The notes beneath the pieces were generated by a model. The model had not been told where the DNA came from and ran no database searches. It saw only the letters and a program-made list of their open reading frames with translations. The position numbers and the translations under genes are program-made. Source: Phascolarctobacterium sp. (GTDB taxonomy: Bacteria > Bacillota > Negativicutes > Acidaminococcales > Acidaminococcaceae). Taken from it: a stretch of DNA of 41,080 nucleotides. Position 1 is the stretch's first letter. Each line of letters opens with the position of its first letter. Positions 19,057 through 28,414 of the stretch are shown in pieces. The stretch covers positions 1 through 41,080 of the forward strand of contig JBJDXC010000158.1 in the NCBI GenBank assembly GCA_051866475.1, given 5' to 3'.

Positions 19057-19914
19057 TTATGCCTCTTCTCCTTCAGAAATTAGTTGGTTATATAGCTCCC
19101 GTTTGGGGATTTTACGTTTTTTTGCAACCTGGGCTAGAGCTGTTTTTTTGTCGATGCCCTGTGCTATCAGTTGTCGTACCTCATCTAGCGGCTCCAGCTC
19201 TTCTTCCTCGCTAGGTGCCTTGGCTTCACCGGCACCGATGACAAGGCAAAACTCGCCGCGAGCAGCGCCTGCTGCGAGCCAGTCCAAGCAGCCACTGATG
19301 GTACCCCGATAGAACTCCTCGTGGAGCTTGGTCAGCTCCCTTGCGGCCGCCATGGGGCGGTCGCCCCAGCTTTCAAGAATATCCTTGAGCACTTCTTCAA
19401 TGCGATGGGGCGCTTCATAGAGAATGATAGTCGCGGGCATGTACTTCCAGCTTTCCAGCTGCTCCCGCCGATTTTTCTTGCTCTTGGGCAAAAAGCCCCC
19501 GAAGAAAAAGGGATAGGCGGGCAGCCCGGAAGCGATCAGAGCGCACAAAGCCGCGTTGGCGCCGGGCACGGGCACCACCCGCACCCCGGCGGCGATGGCC
19601 TCCTTGGCCAGCGCCTCGCCGGGGTCCGCGATGCCCGGAAAGCCCGCGTCGCTGACCAGAGCAATGCTTTTGCCCTGCAAAAGCTGCTCTAAAAGGTACG
19701 CTCCTTGCTTCTCCTTGCTGTGCTCATCGTAGCGCACCAAGCGACCCTTGATGCCGAAATGATTGAGAAGCTGCAAAGTATGCCGCGTATCCTCCGCGGC
19801 AATTAAATCCGCCTCTGCCAGCATGCGCTGGGCTCTCGGCGTCATATCCTCCAAATTACCTATGGGCGTGGCGCACAAATACAGCGTTCCGTATGTAGTT
19901 TCTTGATTTGTCAC
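19057..19914 (-). CDS. rsmI: 16S rRNA (cytidine1402-2'-O)-methyltransferase
   Basis: LYLCATPIGNLEDMT, IAAEDTR, LVSDAGFPGIADPG, YEAPHR, RELTKLHEE; GTG start behind GGAGG. Confidence 0.95.
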   Translation of the reverse strand: MTNQETTYGTLYLCATPIGNLEDMTPRAQRMLAEADLIAAEDTRHTLQLLNHFGIKGRLVRYDEHSKEKQGAYLLEQLLQGKSIALVSDAGFPGIADPGEALAKEAIAAGVRVVPVPGANAALCALIASGLPAYPFFFGGFLPKSKKNRREQLESWKYMPATIILYEAPHRIEEVLKDILESWGDRPMAAARELTKLHEEFYRGTISGCLDWLAAGAARGEFCLVIGAGEAKAPSEEEELEPLDEVRQLIAQGIDKKTALAQVAKKRKIPKRELYNQLISEGEEA

Positions 19915-20055
19915 TGCCTCGCCTCCTGTCAGCTGAGCTGCGTCTGTAAGCTAGCGTAGCACTCATAAAAGCTTACTAAGCAAAATGCTGGCACCCTCTA
20001 GCACAGACTAACCCATAATATAGATATTTTATCACAATGCTAGCAAATAATAAAG

Positions 20056-20083
20056 AAAAAGCGCGGAGTTTTTCACTCCGCGC
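20056..20083 (-). terminator. Intrinsic terminator of the efflux operon
   Basis: GCGCGGAGT-ttttc-ACTCCGCGC followed by TTTTT on the minus strand. Confidence 0.8.
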
Positions 20084-20127
20084 ATCACTATTCCTACTCT
20101 ATTTGTATTTATAAGCGAGAAGCAAGC

Positions 20128-21246
20128 TCACTCCTGACTATAATCCACAGCATCGCCATTTTTCAGCGTCTTGCCACCGCTGATGACTACCAGCTCACCC
20201 TCACTAAGGCCGCTGGCTACAACGATATTTTTGCTATCGCTAGCGCCGGTTTTGATTTGACGCTGCTCCACCTTTTTATCCTGCACTACAAAAACACTGC
20301 CATCCTCGCGCACTGCTTCCTTCGGAATAGTCAGTGCCTTTTCCTTAGCCTGCTCCGGCAGGATGCTGACCTTGGCAAACATGCCAGGGCACAGCTTGTA
20401 GCCTAAAGCAGCATTGTCAATAAGCACATCCACCCTAAAGGTATGGGTTGTGCTATCCACAAAGGAGTTGATGGTTGCCACCTTGCCGATGAAGCTCTCG
20501 CCATTGAAGGAAGTACATTCTACCTTGGCCTCCATGCCCTCCTGCACAGCGCTTAGCTGTGCTTCCGGCAGCATGACACTGCATTTCATCTGACTAATAT
20601 CCGCCATGCGCAGCATGGTGCTGTCCACCTTCAGCTTGCTTCCCACAGTCACATCATAATCGTCCAAAACTACGCCGTCAAAGGGAGCCCGCACCAAGCA
20701 ATCATTGATGGTTGCTTGGGCATATTTTATGGCCGCCATGGACTGCTCATAGTCCGCTGCTGCCGTGCCATAGGTGGTGCGCTTGCTGTCCACCTCAGAG
20801 CGGCTTACAACGCCATCAGCAACAAGCTTGTCATAGCGCGCCTGCTCCACCTGAGCATTATCGGCCTTCCATTTAGCTGCATCAGCCGCCGCTCTGTTCA
20901 TGGCCAGCTGGGCGCTGGCGCTATCGTGCTCTAGCTCCACCAAAAGCTGCCCCTGCTGAACTCTATCATTACGCTTGATATAAATTTTTTGCACAGGCGC
21001 TTCCACCTTGGCCTTGATCTCCACGTCCCTGATAGCCTTGAGCGAGGTTGTGGAATTGGTTCCCAGCTCCAGTCCCTTGATATAGGATGCCTTAGCCACC
21101 TGCACTCGTGCTGCTAAGGGTGCCTGCTCCGGCGCCTTATACATATATCTTTTATACGCAAAGCCGCTTACGGCAACTAACAATATTGTGCCAAGCAGCA
21201 GTTTTTTCTTTGAGGCCAATTGAGCCATCAATCCTTGCTTTTCCAT
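20128..21246 (-). CDS. RND efflux periplasmic adaptor (membrane fusion protein)
   Basis: N-terminal anchor, lipoyl half-motifs DRVQQGQLLVEL and VRAPFDGVV, alpha-hairpin, LCPGMFAKV, TIPKEAV, SGLSEGELVV. Confidence 0.92.
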   Translation of the reverse strand: MEKQGLMAQLASKKKLLLGTILLVAVSGFAYKRYMYKAPEQAPLAARVQVAKASYIKGLELGTNSTTSLKAIRDVEIKAKVEAPVQKIYIKRNDRVQQGQLLVELEHDSASAQLAMNRAAADAAKWKADNAQVEQARYDKLVADGVVSRSEVDSKRTTYGTAAADYEQSMAAIKYAQATINDCLVRAPFDGVVLDDYDVTVGSKLKVDSTMLRMADISQMKCSVMLPEAQLSAVQEGMEAKVECTSFNGESFIGKVATINSFVDSTTHTFRVDVLIDNAALGYKLCPGMFAKVSILPEQAKEKALTIPKEAVREDGSVFVVQDKKVEQRQIKTGASDSKNIVVASGLSEGELVVISGGKTLKNGDAVDYSQE

Positions 21247-21261
21247 GTTAAAAACCTCCTG

Positions 21262-24200
21262 CTACTCAATTTTTGCCATCAGGCGACCAAAGAAATTCTC
21301 TACTTTAACTAAATATTTTTCTGTGAAATCATCAATGATGAGATAAACCACTGGCACAACCAAAAGCGTTAACAAAGTGGAAGTCAAAAGTCCACCAAAA
21401 ATAGCCACGCTCATGGGTTGGCGGGACTCTGAGCCCGTGGTCAGCATCAAGGCTGCAGGCAAAGAGCCTAATAAAGTTGATAGGGCGGTAATTAAAATTG
21501 CACGCAAGCGCAAGGGGCCTGCGTTGATAACTGCGGTGACCTTATCTAGGCCCCGCTGCCTTTCGTCATTGATAAAAGAAACCAAGATAATGCCATTATT
21601 AACTACAATACCAACCAGCAAAATCAAGCCCATATAGCTCATAATATCCAGCTTTACATTTAAAAGATACATAAGGCCGAAGGTACCCGGTGTGAGCAGT
21701 GGTAGCGAAAACATAATCGTAAAGGGATGGACGAAGGACTCAAACTGAATGGCCATGATTACATAAACCAAAAAGATGGCTGCTACCAAAGAAATAGCCA
21801 GCGTTTGAAAGGCCTCTACCTGCTTCTTGTTCAAGCCAGAGGATACAATGCTTATCTCAGAGCCTTGGGGAATATGCTTCTTAGCCAACTCAGTGAATAA
21901 AGCCATAGCCTGACCTGAAGAATAATCCGTAGTAACGTTGCCCGAAATAGTAACACTGCGCTGACGATTATAACGCTTTACTACGTTAGGAGCCAAAACC
22001 TCTTCCGCTGTAAACACATTATTAGCCTGAATCAAGCTGCCATCGCCGTTATGAATATAGATATTATCCAAGGCCTCCTTGCCCATGCGGTCTGCATCCG
22101 TGGCCTTGAGGCGAATATCGTAGCGATAGCCATTTTCCTTATAAACGCCCACCTTTTTCCCACCAAAGGCCGCATAAAGCTCATTGCTCATAGCACGCAA
22201 ATCCACATCCTGCAAATCCGTAATACCACGCTTCAGCTTAATATCCACCTCTGGCTTATCAAAGCGCACATCAGTTTTTAAATCCCGCAGCTTACCCGTA
22301 GCATTGGCGTCAGCAATAATTTTTTCCGCTACTTCACTAAGCTGGCGACTATCGTTACCCACCAGTGTCATGGACACATCCTTGCCGGCAAAGGTAGTCA
22401 TAAACATATCGATATCCTTAAAGCCCGACAGCTGGTGACGTAGCTCGTCCATAACCTTATTTAACCCATCACGCTGGCTACTGGGATGCATCTGCACATA
22501 AATTGTACCTTCATTTTTCATGCCGCCTGTACCATTACCAATTTCGGAATAGGTATACTTGACAGCGGGATGCTGGCGTACTACCTTACCCATATCATTC
22601 ATTACACGATAAGTCTCTTCAAGACTAGTCCCGGAGGGCATTTCGCATTCAATTTGGAATGTGCCCTGATCATCAGTGGTGAAGAAGGTGGAGCCCACCT
22701 GAGTATTGATTAAAAGACCAAAAACAAATAGTCCTGCAGCCACAAGCATTGTTTGCGCTCGATGCTGTACTGCATGAGTCAAGGCCCTGCGATAAGCCTC
22801 CTCCAGCTCCGTAAATTTACGATTACAATAGCTACCGAAGCGCCCAGGCTTTACCTTTTTCAGAATACGGGAGCACAAAAAGGGCGTCAAGGTCATGGAC
22901 AACACCAAGGACAGCAAAATCGTCAGAATTACTGTAGCACCAAAAGCGTAGAAAACCCTGCCCGTAATACCGGTCATAAAGGCTATAGGTGAAAATACCG
23001 CCACCGTAGTCAAGGCACCACCCAATACAGAAAAAGCTACTTCTTGGGTACCTACTAAAGCTGCTTCCATAGCCTTGAGGCCATTATTCATATGCCTATC
23101 GATATTTTCCATCACTACTGTAGCCGCGTCCACTACCATACCTACGGAAAGGGAAATACCCATCATAGAAATGGTATTGATGCTAATGCCAAGCTTTTGC
23201 ATAATGATAAAGCTACCCACTAAGCATACCGGAATGGTAATAACAGCCACAAAGGTTGTACGAATGGTCTGCATAAAGATGAACATCAAGAAGGAGCATA
23301 AAAGCACCGCTAGCATGATGTCGGTACGTACACCGGCAATAGCGTTGAAAATAAAATCTGATTTGGTGTACACCACCTGTAGGCCTATGCCCTCAGGCAG
23401 ATTAGGCCGTAGCTCATCAAGATAAGCGCTAACGCTGTCGCAGATTTTGACCTCGTTAGCACCACTCTGCTTTTTCACGTTGACCAAAATGGTGCGCTCG
23501 CCATTCAAGAGAGCAATATTTTCTTCATCAGCAAAGCCATTTTCTACCTTGGCAATCTCTCCCAGCCGCACAACCGTATTATCCTTAGTATAAACAGGCA
23601 GTGACTCTATTTCCTTGACCGAAACATACTCGCCGTTAAAGCTTAAATCCACATCATTACGCCCTAGATAGATACTGCCCACGGGAAGCTCCACATGCTT
23701 TTTATTGATGGCAGTGGCTATATCCTCATTGGTAATCCCATAAGCATTCACTGCCTCGGGCTTGAGCCAGATGCGAATTTCTCTTTCCCGAAAGCCCGCT
23801 GTATCAATGGCACCGACGCCGTTTACTGCTTGCAGCTTGACCTTTAAAACCTTGTCCACATATTCGGACTTGGTCATATAATCCGCATCGCCCGTCACTG
23901 CAATTTGCATGATGGAGGAGTCACCCGTATCATATTTTTCTACAATGGGTTCGTCCGCCTCATCGGGCAAGTCCATTTTGGCAATATTTACCTTGTCGCG
24001 CACATCTGCTGCCGCATCATTAACATCCTTTTCCATATCAAATTCTAGCGTAGTTACCGCACGCCCTTGATAACTGGAAGACTCCATAGTGCTCAGGCCC
24101 GAAATACCCGTCAGCTCGGACTCTAAAACGTCCGTCACATTGTTGTCCATAACAGTTGCGCTAGCGCCACTCATGGTCGTGGTTATGGTAACCATGGGCA

Positions 24201-24324
24201 AATCAATGTCAGGACGATATTGCATGCCCATCTGCGTATAGCTATAGCAGCCAAAGACAAAGGTAGCGATAGCTGTAATTATTACCGATACGGGCCTTTT
24301 TAATGAGGTTTTAATGATATCCAT
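21262..24324 (-). CDS. RND efflux transporter permease (AcrB/MdtC/SwrC-like)
   Basis: 1020 aa; SLKRPV, PDIDLP, TM4 GMVVDAATVVMENI, SMTLTPFLC, QFESFVHP, RLRAILIT. Confidence 0.93.
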   Translation of the reverse strand: MDIIKTSLKRPVSVIITAIATFVFGCYSYTQMGMQYRPDIDLPMVTITTTMSGASATVMDNNVTDVLESELTGISGLSTMESSSYQGRAVTTLEFDMEKDVNDAAADVRDKVNIAKMDLPDEADEPIVEKYDTGDSSIMQIAVTGDADYMTKSEYVDKVLKVKLQAVNGVGAIDTAGFREREIRIWLKPEAVNAYGITNEDIATAINKKHVELPVGSIYLGRNDVDLSFNGEYVSVKEIESLPVYTKDNTVVRLGEIAKVENGFADEENIALLNGERTILVNVKKQSGANEVKICDSVSAYLDELRPNLPEGIGLQVVYTKSDFIFNAIAGVRTDIMLAVLLCSFLMFIFMQTIRTTFVAVITIPVCLVGSFIIMQKLGISINTISMMGISLSVGMVVDAATVVMENIDRHMNNGLKAMEAALVGTQEVAFSVLGGALTTVAVFSPIAFMTGITGRVFYAFGATVILTILLSLVLSMTLTPFLCSRILKKVKPGRFGSYCNRKFTELEEAYRRALTHAVQHRAQTMLVAAGLFVFGLLINTQVGSTFFTTDDQGTFQIECEMPSGTSLEETYRVMNDMGKVVRQHPAVKYTYSEIGNGTGGMKNEGTIYVQMHPSSQRDGLNKVMDELRHQLSGFKDIDMFMTTFAGKDVSMTLVGNDSRQLSEVAEKIIADANATGKLRDLKTDVRFDKPEVDIKLKRGITDLQDVDLRAMSNELYAAFGGKKVGVYKENGYRYDIRLKATDADRMGKEALDNIYIHNGDGSLIQANNVFTAEEVLAPNVVKRYNRQRSVTISGNVTTDYSSGQAMALFTELAKKHIPQGSEISIVSSGLNKKQVEAFQTLAISLVAAIFLVYVIMAIQFESFVHPFTIMFSLPLLTPGTFGLMYLLNVKLDIMSYMGLILLVGIVVNNGIILVSFINDERQRGLDKVTAVINAGPLRLRAILITALSTLLGSLPAALMLTTGSESRQPMSVAIFGGLLTSTLLTLLVVPVVYLIIDDFTEKYLVKVENFFGRLMAKIE

Positions 24325-24357
24325 AGCTTAAATCTCCATTATAGGTCTACTACTATG

Positions 24358-24984
24358 TTAATTCTTGCAGCAAACGCCAGCCACAGCATAGCGAATAATT
24401 TTGTCCATAGTGTCTTCTGAAAATTTCATATCCATGGGAGTACCTTTGAAATGAACATATGGATGTAAGTTAATACCTCCCAAAATAATGGTCATGTAAT
24501 CATGCAAAAACCCCGGACTTTCTTGGACAAATGCACCTGCTGCAATACCTCGCTTTAGAAAATCGAAGATCAGTTCCTGCATAGCCCCACCGGGTGCGGG
24601 TAAAGTCTTCTCGTCTTTGCTATACAAATCTATACGCGCCATTGTGGCTGCTGTGAAAATATAAGTGTATTTTTTATAGGTCTGGTAGAGATGCTTGATG
24701 CACAAATAGAGCGCCTCTTGATAATCCTTTGGCTCTTTAATGATTTTAGCAATCGCCTTCTCGCCCTTAGCAGCCATCTGACCTTCGATAAAGAAAATAA
24801 CATCATATTTATCTGTAAAATAGTTATATAGCGTAGCCTTGGAAACCCCCATATTTTCGGCCAATTCACGCATGGTGAAAAGATTGGGGCGCTCCTGCTT
24901 TAAGAGCTTATTCGCTTCCTCTAACACCTTTTGGCGAATTAGCTTATCAATTAACATCTTTTTGTCCTCGGAATATTTGGGCAT
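24358..24984 (-). CDS. TetR/AcrR family transcriptional regulator
   Basis: HTH FTMRELAENMGVSKATLYNYFTDK; SD AGGAGG; upstream of the RND genes. Confidence 0.93.
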   Translation of the reverse strand: MPKYSEDKKMLIDKLIRQKVLEEANKLLKQERPNLFTMRELAENMGVSKATLYNYFTDKYDVIFFIEGQMAAKGEKAIAKIIKEPKDYQEALYLCIKHLYQTYKKYTYIFTAATMARIDLYSKDEKTLPAPGGAMQELIFDFLKRGIAAGAFVQESPGFLHDYMTIILGGINLHPYVHFKGTPMDMKFSEDTMDKIIRYAVAGVCCKN

Positions 24985-25073
24985 CTTACTTCCTCCTTTT
25001 ATTATGAACGCTCGCAGCTCTCTACTTCAATTAACGCATACCCAGAGCCGTTTAAATTACCTTTAGTAAAATT

Positions 25074-25125
25074 AATGACCATCGGTTATTTATTCCATTG
25101 TACTGCAAGGCACCTTCCTTGTCAA
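25074..25125 (-). promoter_or_regulatory. Sigma-A promoter of the tetR-RND operon with candidate TetR operator
   Basis: TTGACA (25125-25120) - 17 bp - TACAAT (25102-25097); imperfect palindrome AATGACC-atc-GGTTATT at 25074-25090 at the predicted start site. Confidence 0.75.
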
Positions 25126-25140
25126 TAACTTAAGCATAAT

Positions 25141-25190
25141 AAAACTCCTAAGCTAGTTTTGTCTTTTTAAGTACCAGCTTAGGAGTTTTT
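25141..25190. terminator. Terminator hairpin downstream of the M48 peptidase gene
   Basis: AAAACTCCTAAGCT...AGCTTAGGAGTTTT 14-bp inverted repeat. Confidence 0.75.
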
Positions 25191-25213
25191 GTCAAAGAAA
25201 TATTCACATTCTA

Positions 25214-26293
25214 TTATTTTTTCTTAGCCTTGGCTGCTGCTTTAGCATCATTTTCATTGGCCACTACAGCCCAGTCACGCAGCATGTCCACACAAGCGCT
25301 GGCGTAAGCGCCTGCGCTGCCCCAGGCTCCCGCGTCCTGAGTATACAAAGTCAAAATCTGGATATCGTCATAATAAATGTGGGCATAGCTGCCATTGTCA
25401 TACACCACAAAATAATTCGGATTAACCTTACCCCGCTGACGCACGTTCCACAGGCCTCCGGCCAGCATATAGGCGCGGTATTTGGCTTTGGTATTACCGA
25501 TGCTTTGATTAATATCAAAGCGCCAATTGCCCTCGGTTACAGAAGCATGATTATCATCCGTTACGGTTACATCGGGATGAATATTGTAGCTTTTCAGCTG
25601 CTTCATAACCCGTTTTATGCGCTCCTCCGGCTCAGGGTGACTGCTGAACAGGCCATAATTGGCACCGCCACCCTGCTTGGACAAATCGTCCAGCTTTTGC
25701 ACTGTAATCAGCATAGCATAGGGATTAAAGCCAGCCTTAATGGTGTTATTTACGCCTTCCTTATCAGCACCGCGCTCGTCAGTACGGCTATAGCCGGCAA
25801 AGAGAGCCTGCTGGGCAGCCTGCACTAAGCCCATTCCCTGACCACGTGTTGCAGCAATCAAAATTAAGGAGGTCCACAGTTGCTTCTCAATAGAATGCAC
25901 CGTATGCTTTTTCGCAACGTGACCAACCTCGTGGCCTAGTACGCCTGCTAGCTCCGTATCGCTGGGCATATAATTCATCAATCCCTTGAACACATAGATA
26001 AAGCCACCGGGGCAGGCCAATGCGTTGACCTCATCGCAGTTAAGCACCTTAAAGGAATAAGTGATATCATTGCGTCCGCACACAGCTGCTAAACGCTGCC
26101 CGATGCGGTCCACCCTGCTGTTAAGATTATAATCCTGGGATAAGCCATACTTAGCTTCCAATGATTGGGCTGTTTCCTTGCCCATTTTGATTTCCTGCTC
26201 CACACTGATCATGCCTGCTTCCGCAGGACGCAGGCCCATAAAGCAGCAGCATGCTACCACAAAGGCCATAAATATTTTCGCTAGCTTATGCAT
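25214..26293 (-). CDS. M48 family zinc metallopeptidase (BepA/LoiP-like) with signal peptide
   Basis: VNALACPGGFIYV, ELAGVLGHEVGH (HExxH), YSRTDERGAD, FSSHPEPEERI. Start moved to ATG 26293 behind GGAGG; signal peptide ends near AEA. Confidence 0.9.
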   Translation of the reverse strand: MHKLAKIFMAFVVACCCFMGLRPAEAGMISVEQEIKMGKETAQSLEAKYGLSQDYNLNSRVDRIGQRLAAVCGRNDITYSFKVLNCDEVNALACPGGFIYVFKGLMNYMPSDTELAGVLGHEVGHVAKKHTVHSIEKQLWTSLILIAATRGQGMGLVQAAQQALFAGYSRTDERGADKEGVNNTIKAGFNPYAMLITVQKLDDLSKQGGGANYGLFSSHPEPEERIKRVMKQLKSYNIHPDVTVTDDNHASVTEGNWRFDINQSIGNTKAKYRAYMLAGGLWNVRQRGKVNPNYFVVYDNGSYAHIYYDDIQILTLYTQDAGAWGSAGAYASACVDMLRDWAVVANENDAKAAAKAKKK

Positions 26294-26303
26294 TGCACAC
26301 CTC

Positions 26304-27446
26304 CTAAATCGCACCCTCTGCTCGCAAAGCACTGATAGCCTCAGCGCTATAGCCCAAGGCTCCCAGCACATCCTCTGTGTGCTCCCCTAAAAAGGGCGCA
26401 CGACGGGAAATCACAGCACTGGCATCCGAAAATTTTACAGGACCACCTATATAACGCAGCTTGCCCAAACCGCAATCCTGCTCCTGCAGTATATCCTCCT
26501 GCTCCGTCAACTGGCTTTGCAAGGCCTCATCCAATGTGCATACCGGCGTTACGCAAAACTCTGCACCACCGATGAGCTCCAGCCATTCCGCCTGAGTTTT
26601 GGCAGCTATTTTCTCGGATACAAGCTGCTTTAGCTCCGCCTCATGGGCAAAGTCAAACTGACGCTTTGCTAGCTCCGCGCAGTCAATCAAATCGCAGAAG
26701 CGCTGCCAAAACTTGGGCTCAATAGTGCCCACCGTCAGGAAGCGACCATCCTTAGTACGATAAATGTTATAGTAATGAGCAGTGCGCCCAAAGGGTGTAT
26801 CCCCAGTTTCGGCGCAGCCCCACAGGGAGCTGATGCCCGTAACCTGCATGGACATGGCTGTAGCATAAAGATTAACATCCAGCCATTGCCCCTGGCCCGT
26901 GCGCTCACGGGCCAGCAGTGCCATAGCGATGCCACTCAGGGCGTTCAAGCCGCTGCCAATAGCCGAAACCTGCACCTCGCTGACGCAGGCTCCGCCCACA
27001 TCATCGAGGCTATTTAAGCCTGCCAAGCCAATCACATTTAAATCATGAGCCGGCTTATGACAATTCTGGCCAAAGCCGGTAATTGAGCAGTACACTAAGC
27101 GCGGATTGATTTTGTGCAGAGTTTCATAATCCAGTCCATAGCGAGCTAAATAGCCCGGTCTAAAGCCCTCCAAAAACACATCCGCCTCTGCCAAAAGCTT
27201 GGCCAAGGCCTGGCGTCCGCCCTCCTTTTTGATATTCAAAGCTACGCCCCGCTTATTGCGGTTCAGCATTAAATGCCAATAGCTCATACCCGGCGCCTTT
27301 TCCGGCCAAAACTTGCGAGTAGCATCCCCGGCCAAATCCTCTATTTTGATAACCTCGGCACCATAATCTCCGAGCAGCATGCCACAGTATTGACCGGGCA
27401 GCCATTTGGAAAAATCTACAACCTTAATCCCTTCAAGCAGGTTCAT
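26304..27446 (-). CDS. CaiB/BaiF family (class III) CoA-transferase
   Basis: LEGIKVVDFS, LGDYGAEVIKIE, NRNKRGVALNIK, EGFRPG, NPRLVYCSITGFGQ, HDLN, APFLGEHT. Confidence 0.92.
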   Translation of the reverse strand: MNLLEGIKVVDFSKWLPGQYCGMLLGDYGAEVIKIEDLAGDATRKFWPEKAPGMSYWHLMLNRNKRGVALNIKKEGGRQALAKLLAEADVFLEGFRPGYLARYGLDYETLHKINPRLVYCSITGFGQNCHKPAHDLNVIGLAGLNSLDDVGGACVSEVQVSAIGSGLNALSGIAMALLARERTGQGQWLDVNLYATAMSMQVTGISSLWGCAETGDTPFGRTAHYYNIYRTKDGRFLTVGTIEPKFWQRFCDLIDCAELAKRQFDFAHEAELKQLVSEKIAAKTQAEWLELIGGAEFCVTPVCTLDEALQSQLTEQEDILQEQDCGLGKLRYIGGPVKFSDASAVISRRAPFLGEHTEDVLGALGYSAEAISALRAEGAI

Positions 27447-27551
27447 TCATATCACTCCAATTATTGCTAAGCTAGGTTTAGAGATAGTGTTTTATTATTC
27501 TACAAAAAATGGCAGTTATCCTTTTTTTACTTTCCCACTTCTTGGGAAAAA

Positions 27552-27560
27552 TGGTATAAT
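27552..27560 (+). promoter_or_regulatory. Extended -10 promoter for thiW
   Basis: TGgTATAAT about 56 nt upstream of the ATG. Confidence 0.55.
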
Positions 27561-27616
27561 ATCAGTGAACTATGTATTTATTTAATTCTTCAAAGACTAG
27601 AACAGAGGGGATTTAT

Positions 27617-28108
27617 ATGCAACCACGCAAATTAACATCAGCAGCACTTTTGATTGCTATCGGCACTCTCAGTGCCCATCTTATTTATATTCCGGCAGGC
27701 GTTTCCAAATGCTTTCCTGTGCAGCATGCCATCAATGTTTTGGGAGCCGTGCTTCTAGGCCCTGATTACGCTGTGGCCATTGCCTTTCTGATTTCCTGCT
27801 TACGCAATATGTTTGGCACCGGTTCCCTTTTAGCCTTTCCCGGTAGCATGATTGGTGCCTTTTTGGCAGGCTTAGCCTATCAAAAGTTTGCCAATATACC
27901 CGCAGCTATGGCAGGCGAGGTTTTTGGCACAGGCATCTTAGGCGGTTTCGTGGCTTGGCTCATCGCCAGCACTCTTTTGGGCAGCAAGGCTGTGGCCTGG
28001 TTCTTTATTCCGCCCTTCTTGGTCAGCACCATCGGCGGCAGCATCATCGCCGGACTCCTGCTCAAGAGCGGTTTATTCGCTCAGCTCAAAATGAAGGCAG
28101 GTAAATAA
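27617..28108 (+). CDS. thiW: ECF transporter S component ThiW (thiazole precursor)
   Basis: FPVQHAINVL, LRNMFGTGSLLAFPGSMIGA, GEVFGTGILG. Start moved to ATG 27617 behind GAGGGG. Confidence 0.88.
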   Translation: MQPRKLTSAALLIAIGTLSAHLIYIPAGVSKCFPVQHAINVLGAVLLGPDYAVAIAFLISCLRNMFGTGSLLAFPGSMIGAFLAGLAYQKFANIPAAMAGEVFGTGILGGFVAWLIASTLLGSKAVAWFFIPPFLVSTIGGSIIAGLLLKSGLFAQLKMKAGK

Positions 28109-28109
28109 G

Positions 28110-28397
28110 ATGACCTTTCATCAGATCGTAACCTATTTGCTTTACGGCATCAGTGGCATGTTCTTCGGCATTTTCGCCTCACGCTACAGCGTCCTGGCGG
28201 CGCTGAAAATCCGTGAAGCGCTCCACGAAGGTGGCATCACGGGGCTCTTCAGTGTGCTGCCGCAAATTCTTTTTCTCTTCGTGAGCTTCTTTCTCTTTCC
28301 CTCGTGGTTCTTGACTCGCACTACCACCGGTGGCTTTACCTATTATGTTTGCCTTTTGTATTTCTTTAACAAGGGCCTTTCCATGCACAGCAAATAA
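28110..28397 (+). CDS. Small hypothetical membrane protein (95 aa, about 3 TM)
   Basis: Starts 1 nt after the thiW stop; hydrophobic and Phe-rich; fills the gap before the ArsR gene. Confidence 0.7.
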   Translation: MTFHQIVTYLLYGISGMFFGIFASRYSVLAALKIREALHEGGITGLFSVLPQILFLFVSFFLFPSWFLTRTTTGGFTYYVCLLYFFNKGLSMHSK

Positions 28398-28414
28398 TAA
28401 AAGCAGGTGAAATC

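Noticed and set aside
16955-19312. Long + strand ORFs (315 aa and 453 aa) antisense to metG
   Set aside because: Shadow ORFs opposite a conserved gene; no recognisable motifs or SD. The same applies to the antisense ORFs over hemB, cobA and the ABC genes.
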